From Phycisphaerales bacterium (GTDB taxonomy: Bacteria; Planctomycetota; Phycisphaerae; WQYP01), in NCBI GenBank assembly GCA_027451365.1, contig DAIDJN010000019.1:1-64000 (forward strand): a stretch of DNA of 64,000 bases, written 5' to 3'. Positions within the stretch are counted from its first letter, which is position 1. Each line of letters starts with the position of its first letter. The notes under the pieces were generated by a model. The model did no database searches. It saw only the letters and a program-made list of their open reading frames with translations, and was not told the origin of the DNA. A program made the position numbers and the translations under genes. Shown piece after piece: positions 34,015-44,192 of the stretch.

Positions 34015-34771
34015 CATTGACCCGATTTACCCGCGGACGTCGGCCCTCCAGTTTTTCTTTCCGCGCTCACAATAATGAACGACCAATAGCGATTTTTGTT
34101 GCCGTCATTCCAGATTTGTGGCGGCTCTTAACGTATCTTCAAACCCGGCCCCTCTCATTCCCGCATACTCGTGGTAATAGTCACCAAAAAAGCAAATTGC
34201 CGGATGCCCAACCCTTGAAAATATTCCTTCGCCATGCGTCCTGCCGCGATGTTTCCCGCGCATAGCCGTGTTGTACGTTTAGTCGCAAAGCCCTCGGATG
34301 GTTGTCCAAACGCGCATTGCGACAATCTTTCTATCAGTCACGACGGCCATTCTCTGGACTTATACCCTTATGAAAGCGCCTTTACAATTCACGAAATCAA
34401 CGCATGAACAGACAATACAATTGACGTGCGCCAGCTGCGCCTTGGCACAAGCCCGCGAACAGGCGCTTTCTTTGTGAATGCGGCCTATGACGCACCGGTA
34501 ACTTTCCCAGGCTGGCTACAGCACAGACCACGGCTGTTCGTGAAGGCTCCATCGGGCAAGTGCCGGTATCATGTGCTGGCTGTCATTCCTATCATGACTC
34601 ATGAATTGGCGGGGGTGGACGAATAAAGGCTGTCTCAATTCCCAATAAATATGCAAACCGCCGAACAAAATGGAGGTGTCGGACTTGGGCGGTTCGCTCA
34701 ACACGGTACTGGAAAGCGCCCGCGACCAACGCCGCACGCTGGTGCAAGATTTGGTGACCGCCCAACACATA

Positions 34772-36106
34772 TTACCAGCCCGAGGGCTTTTTGATGGAAT
34801 ACTGCGGGTCTTTTACAAGATGCAGAGAAGCCACTTTGTCCGGATGCGCGGGATTAAACCGGCCGGTTCCGGGACGGATGAATTTGGCCAGGCCAAGGTG
34901 GTCGGCGCGAATTCCGATCAGTACGCATTTGGCAATTTCATAGGCGCCGTAGTCGTCGTTATGCGTGCGGTCCACAAAGGCAATCGCAGATTTTTCGGCG
35001 CCAAGGGCGTTAAAAAATGTGGTGCTTAAGGCGTTGAGGTCAATCAGCGGCACATTCTGCTGTTTGGCAATGAGGCGCATTTCGGCGGGAAAGCCGTCCA
35101 GCGTGTTAATCTGTTTGCCATGTTTGTAAATGCGGCGGGCCATGGGGGTTACGAGTACGGGGATGGCACCTTTGGCGCGGGCACCATGAATCATGGTCAG
35201 CAGGGATTGCCGATATTCGTTTTTCGGACCCGCATGCGGGCCGCGTTCATGCTGGTCGTTGTGGCCGAATTCGATCAACATATAATCGCCGGGTTTAATG
35301 AGACTCATTATTTTCTTATAGCGCTGCTCCCCGATAAAACTGTTGGCGGATTCGCCATCTTCGGCGTAGTTGTCCACCACCACACGGCGCGGAACAAAAA
35401 AGCGGGTGAACATCTGCCCCCAACTGCACCAGGGTTCAAAACGCTGATCGGTGTCGGTGGAATCTCCGGCAATGTAAACCGTTATTGGATGCCGGGATTT
35501 GGTAATCGTCATGGCGCACAGGCAGGCACGGGAATTGGCGAATTCAACAGTCAACTTGTTATCCCATTCCAGAGAACCGATTTCGCGACCTTTCAGTCGC
35601 ACGCGGCCACCGGTGGAAATTTCCGGCACACGTGTATTGACCGTAAAGGTGCGGATCACGAAATGGCCTGGTTTGGTAACAATGCGGCGGAACATCAGAC
35701 GTCGCTGTTCGGCTTTTACTGTTGTGACGCTGGCTGCTTTGGCATCTCCCAGTGTGACGGTGACGTTATAATTGCCGGGCGCCAGCCGCACTGAAAAAAA
35801 GAATGGATGCCTGCTGGTTACAAAATGAGCGTCCAGACCGCGCGGCGTGTGCCGATTGACACCTTTGACCTTAAAACCAAGATCAAAACCGTAGCCGCGG
35901 CGGGGCGTATATTTTGTGTCGGGAAGAACCTGGATGTATCCGGGAACAGTCGTACCCGGTCCGAATTGAAATTTCAGCGGGGGTGTCAACTGGGCCGCGT
36001 GCGCCGCGGGAACCATATTCAGGGCAAGTAAAAGGCCGGTTGCCGCCGCAAACCGGTGCCCCAAAAAGCTTGCTGCAAACCTGCTGAATTGCGACATGTG
36101 GTTCAT
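34772..36106 (-). CDS. Secreted rhamnogalacturonan acetylesterase (CE12, SGNH) with N-terminal beta-sandwich
   Basis: Signal peptide AHA; AGDST..DQ..EPW.SWGQM, EFGHND, D.TH...YGAY. Confidence 0.88.
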   Translation of the reverse strand: MNHMSQFSRFAASFLGHRFAAATGLLLALNMVPAAHAAQLTPPLKFQFGPGTTVPGYIQVLPDTKYTPRRGYGFDLGFKVKGVNRHTPRGLDAHFVTSRHPFFFSVRLAPGNYNVTVTLGDAKAASVTTVKAEQRRLMFRRIVTKPGHFVIRTFTVNTRVPEISTGGRVRLKGREIGSLEWDNKLTVEFANSRACLCAMTITKSRHPITVYIAGDSTDTDQRFEPWCSWGQMFTRFFVPRRVVVDNYAEDGESANSFIGEQRYKKIMSLIKPGDYMLIEFGHNDQHERGPHAGPKNEYRQSLLTMIHGARAKGAIPVLVTPMARRIYKHGKQINTLDGFPAEMRLIAKQQNVPLIDLNALSTTFFNALGAEKSAIAFVDRTHNDDYGAYEIAKCVLIGIRADHLGLAKFIRPGTGRFNPAHPDKVASLHLVKDPQYSIKKPSGW

Positions 36107-36146
36107 TTAAATTTCCTTGCTAAGATTTACGCGGCATTTCTATGGG

Positions 36147-39100
36147 TTAGCACGGCCCACTTGCTCGTTTGTTGCAAAAGCGGCTTCGCCGTCGGAGCGC
36201 CATCGCCCCAAGCCCCAAAAATGTAATCGCTAATTCACCCGGTTCGGGCGTGGGCGTAAGCATGATGCTGTGTGGGCTATACTCAAGCTGATAATCCGCC
36301 GCCAGCCCCGACACAGAATTGAATCTGCCGGTCAACGTGCCGGTAAAAGTGGCAATCGTATAGCTGCTTCCGTCATAGCCGCCGGCCAATTCTGTCAGAT
36401 TCAGCTTGCTGGTATTATTCAGCGCAAGGTTACCCGAGATCACCAGCAGATTGCTGGTACCCTTGGATCCTAAATTGGCCATCAATGTGCCGGCATTGTC
36501 GAGATTACCCGTGATATGCAATTCGCCTGCGGGACCCGCGGCCGGATCCCCGGCCGAAATAACGCCGTAATTGGTTACATTCGCCGTGATAATGCCAGTT
36601 CCGGCCAGTTCACCGCCGGTGCCGGCGGCAAACGTGGTGTTGCTTTCATCGGTGGACACCACGATGCCTGCCGCATCAACCGTTAGAGACATGGCGTTGG
36701 TAACGCTGCCGTCAATCACCAGCGTTCCGCCGTTTATTTCCAACCTTCCGCCAAAGCTCTCCGGGCCGCTTAGCGTTAAAGCGCCCGTCCCGATTTTATA
36801 GAAATTGGTGATATAACCGCTGGTCCCATTCAGCGAGCCGTTAAATGTGGTGCTGGTATTCAACCCGCCCACCACATAATTCAGGGCGTGGTCCAGTGTC
36901 GCGCCTGGAGCTGTCTGCGTGCCCGCCAAAGTGCTTTCCGTCGTGCCGGTTAACGCCCCCAGAACAACGTTATAGCCATAAGGTGCATGGTCTGTCTGGC
37001 CGTTGAAATAGGAAAATGTGATGGAATCCGTGGCGGTTCCATTCAGATCAAGCGTGCCATTGTTAAGGTAAAATCCGATCACGCCGGTCGCGTTGGATAC
37101 CCCGTCAAAACCGACATTGGTGCCATTCCTGCTGGCCATCAGATTAACCGTACCGGTAAATGCGGACCAGTCGCCACCAATCAGGTTTCGCACATAAAAT
37201 GCACTGATGTCCAGCACGCCGCCACCAGACAGAGTGCCGGAGTCAGCCATGTTTCCGCCCAGCACCGCATAATTGTTATTTTCAAACACAATATTGCCGG
37301 TCTTACCGGTTGGCAGATACAAATTGTTTAATATTTCTCCGGAGTCATTCATGGTGCCCCCATTAATAGTTATGGTTCCCACGCCCGCCCCGGAAACATT
37401 ATTCAGATTCAGTGTCCCGGCATTCAGTGTCAGGCCGCCGGAAAAGGTATTTGCGCCCCCCAATGTCAGCGTACCGCTGCCATTTTTAATCACGGACAGC
37501 GTTCCCACGGAATCCTGTATGACTCCATTGAAGGTGCTGTCGGAATTATTGCCACCCAGCGTAAGGGTGTAGTTTCCGGTATTGGCTGGGCTGTTGTTAT
37601 CCACAGCGCCTGTGCCATTCAGCGAGCCAATGGTGACATTGTTGCCGCCTATGTCCAGCGTAGCGCTGGAACTGATATTCAACTCGGTTGCCGCAGGCAG
37701 CGCCGAAGCGATTCCCAGGAACAATGTGCCTGCATTCACGTTGGTTGCGCCGGAATAAGAATTGGTGCCATTAAGAATAATGGTGCCGGCACCCGCTGCC
37801 GTCAGTGTGGCCGCGCCCGTACCGTTGTCCGTAATATTCGCATTTATGGTCAGGGCCGCGGCGGTGGAATAATTCAGCAGCACCAGTTCACCAGGATTCC
37901 CATCCGTTGGGCCGCCGGCGGTAAGCATGCCAGCGGTACCGCTTGTGCCAATAACAAGCCCCAGCCCGTTGGCCGCCTGCATGACGCCGCCTGCCGCGCC
38001 AAGCCGAAGCGTTTGGCCGGTGCCCACAGCCAGCAGTCGCACCGTGGTGGTGTCGGTATCCAGCAGTGTATTGATATCTGTTGTGCCGTTGGCCACCGCA
38101 ATATTTCCGGTGGAGGCGGCCGTGATACGGAAATTAGAACTGGAGTGATAGCCGCTCATCTGGCTGATAACGGTGTTACCGCCGGCAAAATCAAGATATT
38201 CGGCGTAAGGAACGACGTTGTTGTTTGATACGGTGGCCCAATCGGTCTGGTTGAAAGTGGCCCAACCGCCAATTATGCCGGTGTTTGCATTGTTGGTCAG
38301 GCTGTTGCCATTGACCGTTCCACTTGTGGCAAAATCGATGGTGGCATTGTTGCGGATCAGCGGGCCGTTGATGGTTAATGTATGGCCGCTGCCTGCAATC
38401 CATTCGTCGCTTCCATTGTTCAATGTCAGTCCATTGCCAATGGTGATGTTGCTGCCGGAAGCGTGTATGTCGCCATTTAGAATGAGGGCGGAATCAAATA
38501 CAATTCCGCCGGTTCCGGTCGCGTTTATTCCGCCGGACCCGACAGTCAGCGTATGGATGCCGGCACCAATTGTAACGGCAGCGGCGGAGGTGCTGTTGAC
38601 ACTGTTGACAGTCTGATTGGCACCAAGAGTGACTGTGGCGCCGGATGCAAAATAGACATCATCCAATGACTGGGGTGTGTTGTTATAGGCAACTTGGGAA
38701 TTTGGGGATGTCGACCAGTTTCCTTTGGTATTCCAAGTGTTATCCGCGTCGGCCCCGCTCCAATATACGCTGAAGCCCAATTGTATCTGTTCGCCGGCAA
38801 TGGCGGCGGCATATTTTTCAATGTTGTTGTAGCCGGTGTTGTTGTAGTCTCCGGCGGGGTTGGCGAAATCCGCAGAGGTCAGACCATGCTGCTGAATCCA
38901 GGCTATGGGGACTGAGCCGGACTGTCCGCCCAAGGGTAGCGAGCCTCCCTGCAATGTGCCAAAGCCCGCATTGGAAATGCCGGTGTCCGCGGGGCTGTTT
39001 AAAATTCTGCCGCTGGTACCTAATGATTGCACGTTAGCCAGCACCTGGGCATCAACGGAATTTAGATGCAGGGAATCGCCAGTGTTGGCTACATCATTGG

Positions 39101-40079
39101 AAAAGGCCTGCAGGGCGGTTTTGGCGTTCTCTGTATAGAACGGTGTGCTGGCCGATGTGACACCGGTCGGATATACCGACGAACCGTTCAACACGCCGTT
39201 GCGGCTGGAGTTTTCCAGGTTTCCGCTGGCATAGGCGTTAATGTTGGAATCCATCTGGAAGAAGGCATCACCGGGGTTGGTGGTGGATGGCCCGGTGATA
39301 AAATAATTGCCGACGATATCCTGATTAAAATGGCCGCTTGTGTCGGCGACTGTATATCCAGCTTCAAAGTTATAAATAACATTATTAACGAACTGCGCGT
39401 CGGCTTTGGCCATTGGATTGCGGTTATGCGCGCTGACCAGGAGATTGTTAAAAAAGCTGGTCGGTCCGGTCTGGTCATGAATATTGAAGGTTTGGGCGGC
39501 GATGGGGTCGGCCACAATGGAGTTCTGAATGGTGATATCGCCGCCGGTGCTGCCGTTTCCCACGGCATCAATATTGTCGTAAGGGCCGTATTCGATGGAA
39601 ACGTGATCCAACAGGGCATTGGTGGTGCCGTACATGTCCACGGCGGTTTTCTGCACAGTGCTTGGGCCGCCCTGCAGGACACGAAGGTATTGGACAATAT
39701 CATTTGTGGAATTGGACAATGACAGATTGTATCCGTTGGTGCCCCCTTGAATGGCAATGCCCTGTCCCGGCGCGGTCTGCCCGAATATGGTGACATTGCT
39801 GGCGATGGCGAGTTCAGATTGCAGATTAATGACCCCACCGACATCAAATACCACAATTGAATTGGCCTGGCTGACGGCCTGGCGGAACGAGCCTGCTCCT
39901 GCATCATTAAGATTGGTGACCACTTGAACCGTGCCGCCGCGGCCGCCCGTGGCGTTTGCGCCAAAACCAAGTGCGTCAGGAATGGCCAGTGGTGTGCCGG
40001 CGCGGATTGTCTGGATCGAATTGGAAATATATCCCGCGGCTGCCAATGAAAGTAGTGCGACCAGGTGGTACCGCTTCAA
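36147..40079 (-). CDS. Pectate lyase (PL1-like) plus autotransporter-associated beta-strand repeats plus PEP-CTERM anchor
   Basis: GFGANATGGRGG..VVTNLNDAG.GSFR, GQTAPG.GI, RNP; repeats K.G.GTLTL.G.NTFSG; C-terminal TPEPG-hydrophobic-RRR. Confidence 0.88.
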   Translation of the reverse strand: MKRYHLVALLSLAAAGYISNSIQTIRAGTPLAIPDALGFGANATGGRGGTVQVVTNLNDAGAGSFRQAVSQANSIVVFDVGGVINLQSELAIASNVTIFGQTAPGQGIAIQGGTNGYNLSLSNSTNDIVQYLRVLQGGPSTVQKTAVDMYGTTNALLDHVSIEYGPYDNIDAVGNGSTGGDITIQNSIVADPIAAQTFNIHDQTGPTSFFNNLLVSAHNRNPMAKADAQFVNNVIYNFEAGYTVADTSGHFNQDIVGNYFITGPSTTNPGDAFFQMDSNINAYASGNLENSSRNGVLNGSSVYPTGVTSASTPFYTENAKTALQAFSNDVANTGDSLHLNSVDAQVLANVQSLGTSGRILNSPADTGISNAGFGTLQGGSLPLGGQSGSVPIAWIQQHGLTSADFANPAGDYNNTGYNNIEKYAAAIAGEQIQLGFSVYWSGADADNTWNTKGNWSTSPNSQVAYNNTPQSLDDVYFASGATVTLGANQTVNSVNSTSAAAVTIGAGIHTLTVGSGGINATGTGGIVFDSALILNGDIHASGSNITIGNGLTLNNGSDEWIAGSGHTLTINGPLIRNNATIDFATSGTVNGNSLTNNANTGIIGGWATFNQTDWATVSNNNVVPYAEYLDFAGGNTVISQMSGYHSSSNFRITAASTGNIAVANGTTDINTLLDTDTTTVRLLAVGTGQTLRLGAAGGVMQAANGLGLVIGTSGTAGMLTAGGPTDGNPGELVLLNYSTAAALTINANITDNGTGAATLTAAGAGTIILNGTNSYSGATNVNAGTLFLGIASALPAATELNISSSATLDIGGNNVTIGSLNGTGAVDNNSPANTGNYTLTLGGNNSDSTFNGVIQDSVGTLSVIKNGSGTLTLGGANTFSGGLTLNAGTLNLNNVSGAGVGTITINGGTMNDSGEILNNLYLPTGKTGNIVFENNNYAVLGGNMADSGTLSGGGVLDISAFYVRNLIGGDWSAFTGTVNLMASRNGTNVGFDGVSNATGVIGFYLNNGTLDLNGTATDSITFSYFNGQTDHAPYGYNVVLGALTGTTESTLAGTQTAPGATLDHALNYVVGGLNTSTTFNGSLNGTSGYITNFYKIGTGALTLSGPESFGGRLEINGGTLVIDGSVTNAMSLTVDAAGIVVSTDESNTTFAAGTGGELAGTGIITANVTNYGVISAGDPAAGPAGELHITGNLDNAGTLMANLGSKGTSNLLVISGNLALNNTSKLNLTELAGGYDGSSYTIATFTGTLTGRFNSVSGLAADYQLEYSPHSIMLTPTPEPGELAITFLGLGAMALRRRSRFCNKRASGPC

Positions 40080-40339
40080 TAATGGTTGCTGCGAAATAGA
40101 AAACCCTCCGTGTGCGCTTGCCCCGATGCCATTAACTTTGACTCAGGGTGAACTAAAAATAAAATGGATGCCACGCAATTTGCGTGCGAAGCATATACCC
40201 AACTCGGATTGCGCTGATACATTAACGCCGGCGGATTTTGACACAAACGCGGCTTTTTATTCGGTTTGCCGTCCATCGTATATGTATCGCATAGCTCTGG
40301 CACCATGCGATTTTGCTTCCGCTCACGAAAGTGGAAGAT

Positions 40340-40383
40340 AAAAAAACCGCGCCGGCGGCGAACGGAATCGGTGCCCGGCGCGG
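40340..40383 (-). terminator. Intrinsic terminator after the DUF1559 gene
   Basis: CCGCGCCGG/CCGGCGCGG stem followed by T7 on the minus strand. Confidence 0.65.
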
Positions 40384-40428
40384 CTGACGTTCAAATTGAA
40401 AATCTGGTAACGGAACCACAATCCGGGT

Positions 40429-41313
40429 TTATTTGGCACCTCCGTCATTTGGGTCTGGCAGGATATAAAGCGGTTCCAGGGTGTTTAGCTGAAGGGACAT
40501 CACGTGGCCATCCGCACAGACGAAATTGGCCATTCCAGACGTCGACGATGCGGTCAGCATGTGGCGGAACCGAGCTCCGGTCTTGTACAGGTTGGCGGGG
40601 GCTGGGTAATCGGAATTGCCACCGCTGGCCGGCGAGGCCGCAAACATCTGACCGGTGATGCTGTATTTGCCGCCCGGAATGGAGGCCTTCATGTCGTCAT
40701 CCCAGCCGGACCAGCCAGGTGAACCCCAATAAAACAGCCAATCATTGGTGCCATTCGACCAGTTTTGTGTGGCATCGCCATAAAGAATGCAGTTTCCCGC
40801 GTTGACCACATAGCTGGTGGGCAACGATTCCGCGGGTTGATTCTTTTTCGCACTAAAGTAGCCAAGCAGGACAAATGGGTTGGCTGCGTAATTCAAAGCG
40901 TATCCGGAATTCTGCACCAGCGCGCCTGGATCTTCAAACAGAGAGGCCCATTTGACCTGATCAAATGCGGGAAGCGGCTTGCCCTGCCCATCTTTGCCTT
41001 CATAACCGTAGTTCGTCGGCTGCACGGGTGCGCCGGCATACATGAAGAACAGCAGGTTGGCCCATTCGCCGGCGCGGTAATAATTCGTATCGTAGCCCGA
41101 GGGGGGATAGAACCCTTCGTAAGAATCTGCATATTCAATAGTTAACTGGCCGAGGGATCGCAATCGGGCTTGACACTGAATACTGATTGCCGATTGTTTC
41201 GCCTGTGCCAGTGCGGGCAGCAGCAGCGAAATAAGCAGGGCGATGATTGATATCACCACCAGCAGCTCGACGAGTGTGAACGCTCTGCGACGGGTTGGTT
41301 TAAAGGGACGCAT
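40429..41313 (-). CDS. Prepilin-type N-terminal cleavage/methylation protein (DUF1559 / H-X9-DG type)
   Basis: [30 protein letters not shown]-terminal RH...ANFVCADGHV; GGAGG RBS. Confidence 0.92.
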   Translation of the reverse strand: MRPFKPTRRRAFTLVELLVVISIIALLISLLLPALAQAKQSAISIQCQARLRSLGQLTIEYADSYEGFYPPSGYDTNYYRAGEWANLLFFMYAGAPVQPTNYGYEGKDGQGKPLPAFDQVKWASLFEDPGALVQNSGYALNYAANPFVLLGYFSAKKNQPAESLPTSYVVNAGNCILYGDATQNWSNGTNDWLFYWGSPGWSGWDDDMKASIPGGKYSITGQMFAASPASGGNSDYPAPANLYKTGARFRHMLTASSTSGMANFVCADGHVMSLQLNTLEPLYILPDPNDGGAK

Positions 41314-41358
41314 AAGAAATCCTCCAAAAAAGGAGACGGTGCGAAGCCATAAGAATTT

Positions 41359-41399
41359 AAAACCGGCCGGCCTGCCGCAACGCACGGTCAGGCGGCCGG
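41359..41399 (-). terminator. Intergenic GC hairpin (terminator or mRNA stabiliser) between the PEP-CTERM and DUF1559 genes
   Basis: CCGGCCG..CCTG / CAGG..CGGCCGG stem followed by TTTT on the minus strand. Confidence 0.55.
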
Positions 41400-41414
41400 G
41401 TTAACCATTTTTCT

Positions 41415-43190
41415 TCAGGCAGATACGCGACCACGGCGACGGCCCGCCAGCAGCAGGCCGGCAAAGCCGACGCCGAAAAGGGCCAGGGTAGCTGGTTCGG
41501 GGGTTGCCGTTGCCGAAAGGGTAATGTTGTTGGCGTTGTAGTTGACCGTGTAACCGGCCCCCAATCCACTAATGGTCGCGAAGGTTCCACTCAGGGTTCC
41601 GGTGAAACTCGCGATCGTATAAACGCTGCCATCAAAACTGCCGGTAAGACCTGTTAAATTCAAGGCGCTGCTGGGCCCAAGCGTCAGATTTCCAGTTATT
41701 GCCAGCAGACTGCTGGCGCTGGATGGGCCGACATTGATGTTTAATGCGCCATTGCTGGTAACGTTGCCTATGACTGATAATGTGCCGGTGCTGCTGACGG
41801 CCGGATCGCCAGGTGCAATGATTCCGTTGTTGGTCACGGTAATAGGAAATGAAGCGTTGCCAAGGGTTCCATTGCCGGCTAACGTCCCGCCAGCGCCGGC
41901 TGCAAAAGCCAGTCCTGACTCCATTGTTGTGGCTTTGGTCAGGGCCGCATCCACCGTGATACCCGTGGTGCCCGCCGGCGTTGCGGTGACGCCCAATGCC
42001 CCGTCCACCACAAGCGAGCCACCGTTGACTTCAGTGATTCCCTGGAAATTATCAGCGCCGGTCAGCGTCAGCGAACCGGTCCCGACTTTGTAAAGGTTTA
42101 CCTGACCGGCGACTCCGGCCAGCGTACCTGCGAATGTGGTGCTGGTATTGGCGGTACCAATGACATAATTGAGAACGTGGTACGGGAAGCTTCCATACGA
42201 GTAACCCCCCAATGTGCTGTATTTGGTTCCGGTCAGCGCGCCGATTACCGCGTTTACTCCATTGAGGGTGGATTTATTTTGTTCGTTCTGGTACGAGAAG
42301 GTCAACGAGTCGGTTGCAGTACCGTTCAAATTCAACGTACCGTTGTTAAGATAGAATCCGCCGTTACCCTTAGAATTGCCAGCGGCAAGGCTGTCCTCGA
42401 AACCGTTGAAACCGAGGTCCGTGCCATTTCTGGCGGCGGAAACATTGACCGTGCCAGTAAAGGCCGACCAGTCACCGCCGATATTATTCCGCACGTAAAA
42501 CGCGTTGATGTTCAATGTGCCGCCGCCGGTAAGTGTACCCGTATTCAGGGCATTGCCTCCGAGGGTGTCATAGTTATTGGTCTGCTCCATGACGATGTTT
42601 CCGGTGTTACCCGATGCGACATATAAGTTACTTGTAATGTCTCCTGAATCACCGAGTGTGCCACCATTAAATGAGATAGTTCCAGTGCCTGGATTGGTGC
42701 CCGAGATCAGTGTGCCGCCATTCAGATTGGTCCCACCGCTGAAGGTGTTGGCACTTTTCAGCGTCACGGTGCCCGTGTAGCCGGTATCAAGGTTCAGCGC
42801 TGTGGCGCCGGTAATTCCGGATACATCGCCGGTAAAGTTGGTCAGGGAATAGCTGCCCGCACCAGTCATAAAATCGACGGAAGCCGGGCTGACGCCCGAA
42901 CCGGTGCCGACTGTCAGGGCCAGGTTTGTGGCACCACCGGTGAATTGCACAGCTGAGCCGTCGGTATAGGCGACGCCGTTGGTGCTGGTGGTGGTGTCGT
43001 TCCAGTTCAGGTCGGTGCCGGTGGTGTCCCAGTTGCCATTGGTGGCACCAGTGTAAACGAGTGTGTCTGCCGCAATTGGGCGCGTGCTTAGCATTGCCGA
43101 ACCGGCCAATAGAGCAACCGCCAGTGTAGCGCAACCGAGCAACCGATTGCGCCGGTTGAGCATCATTTGATTCCGCTGCGAACTTGCCAT
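41415..43190 (-). CDS. PEP-CTERM surface protein with autotransporter-associated beta-strand repeats, no recognisable catalytic domain
   Basis: Signal peptide; G/T/N-rich repeats (NTFSGGTNLNGGTL, KVGTGSLTLTG); C-terminal TPEPATLALFG...RRR; GGAGGAG RBS. Confidence 0.9.
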   Translation of the reverse strand: MASSQRNQMMLNRRNRLLGCATLAVALLAGSAMLSTRPIAADTLVYTGATNGNWDTTGTDLNWNDTTTSTNGVAYTDGSAVQFTGGATNLALTVGTGSGVSPASVDFMTGAGSYSLTNFTGDVSGITGATALNLDTGYTGTVTLKSANTFSGGTNLNGGTLISGTNPGTGTISFNGGTLGDSGDITSNLYVASGNTGNIVMEQTNNYDTLGGNALNTGTLTGGGTLNINAFYVRNNIGGDWSAFTGTVNVSAARNGTDLGFNGFEDSLAAGNSKGNGGFYLNNGTLNLNGTATDSLTFSYQNEQNKSTLNGVNAVIGALTGTKYSTLGGYSYGSFPYHVLNYVIGTANTSTTFAGTLAGVAGQVNLYKVGTGSLTLTGADNFQGITEVNGGSLVVDGALGVTATPAGTTGITVDAALTKATTMESGLAFAAGAGGTLAGNGTLGNASFPITVTNNGIIAPGDPAVSSTGTLSVIGNVTSNGALNINVGPSSASSLLAITGNLTLGPSSALNLTGLTGSFDGSVYTIASFTGTLSGTFATISGLGAGYTVNYNANNITLSATATPEPATLALFGVGFAGLLLAGRRRGRVSA

Positions 43191-43509
43191 AGGAAACTCC
43201 TCCAGAAAAGGGCGCCGATAATTCGTGCGTATCACACGATTCGGCAGGCTCAATCTCAACGCTCACCAACACCGACAAGGCATCAGCCATCGAGACCCGT
43301 TTAATTTAGTATTCGCGCCGACGGTCAAACCTTTTGCACCATTCCGATGTTCCGTTCAAGAGCGGCGGAACAGACGCGGGACAGAATCAGGAAAAGTTTG
43401 AACGCCTCTGATTTTTTCAACTCATTCAAGGCCAGTTTTAAGAATCGACCGGCCTGTGCAACTTGTGACGTTTTCCTTCGTATGGCATTAACGTCATCAA
43501 CTTAAAGGA

Positions 43510-43573
43510 AGTATACCCGGCATTTTCAGCATATCTAGAGTATATTTGTGACCACTTGTTATACTTTTGTCGC
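43510..43573 (-). promoter_or_regulatory. Candidate activator-dependent promoter of the PEP-CTERM operon
   Basis: -10 TATACT (43510-43515, minus), poor -35, and TTTGTGAC/TTTGTCGC direct repeats 21 bp apart (43545, 43566). Confidence 0.5.
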
Positions 43574-44192
43574 ATGATTTCCTGGCCTCATGCAGGGTGA
43601 AGTGTCTCTATTGGGCGGTGCAAAGCCCACAGCGAATTGCCGGAAACCTGGTAAGAGATGTCTAAGCGGCCACCCTTGCTCCTATTCACGGCAGCATCGC
43701 GTCGCCACAGCGGCCAAAGCGGCGAATTGATTGCAACTAAATTCCGGCAAAAGCGAAAGCCGCGCATTTATTGCTTTTCATGCGGCTATAGCCCTTTATT
43801 TCTGCAAGCCTGCCGTTCGGATTTATCCGAACCAAAGCGCCATGTCCTGGATGATATTATCCACTGTTCCGTCGACTGCTCAATTGTACAAATGTAGCCT
43901 GTTGTTATAGTTTTGTTGCGCGGGCGGGCCGGCGGCAGTCTTATTGGTCAAATAAACAGACTCTTTCTTCGGTCCGCCGGTGACCGGTTAACGCTTGCAT
44001 GCATCGTTTTTACGGCCTATTATCCTTTTGTCGGATTGCATGGCCATGTCGATATGGCCAATGGCGTTGTTTTTCCGGAGATTTCGCCACCCGGTGTATG
44101 AATAGTAGTGTTTTTGTCGCCCTTTTTCATGCAACGGCCGGCCTGGAATCCGTCCGGTTTGAACAGGAATTTATAGCGACAGGATTGCGGAC

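Noticed and set aside
36147..43190. Diversity-generating retroelement explaining the paralogous stalks
   Set aside because: No reverse transcriptase and no near-identical template/variable repeat with adenine-specific changes; divergence includes indels
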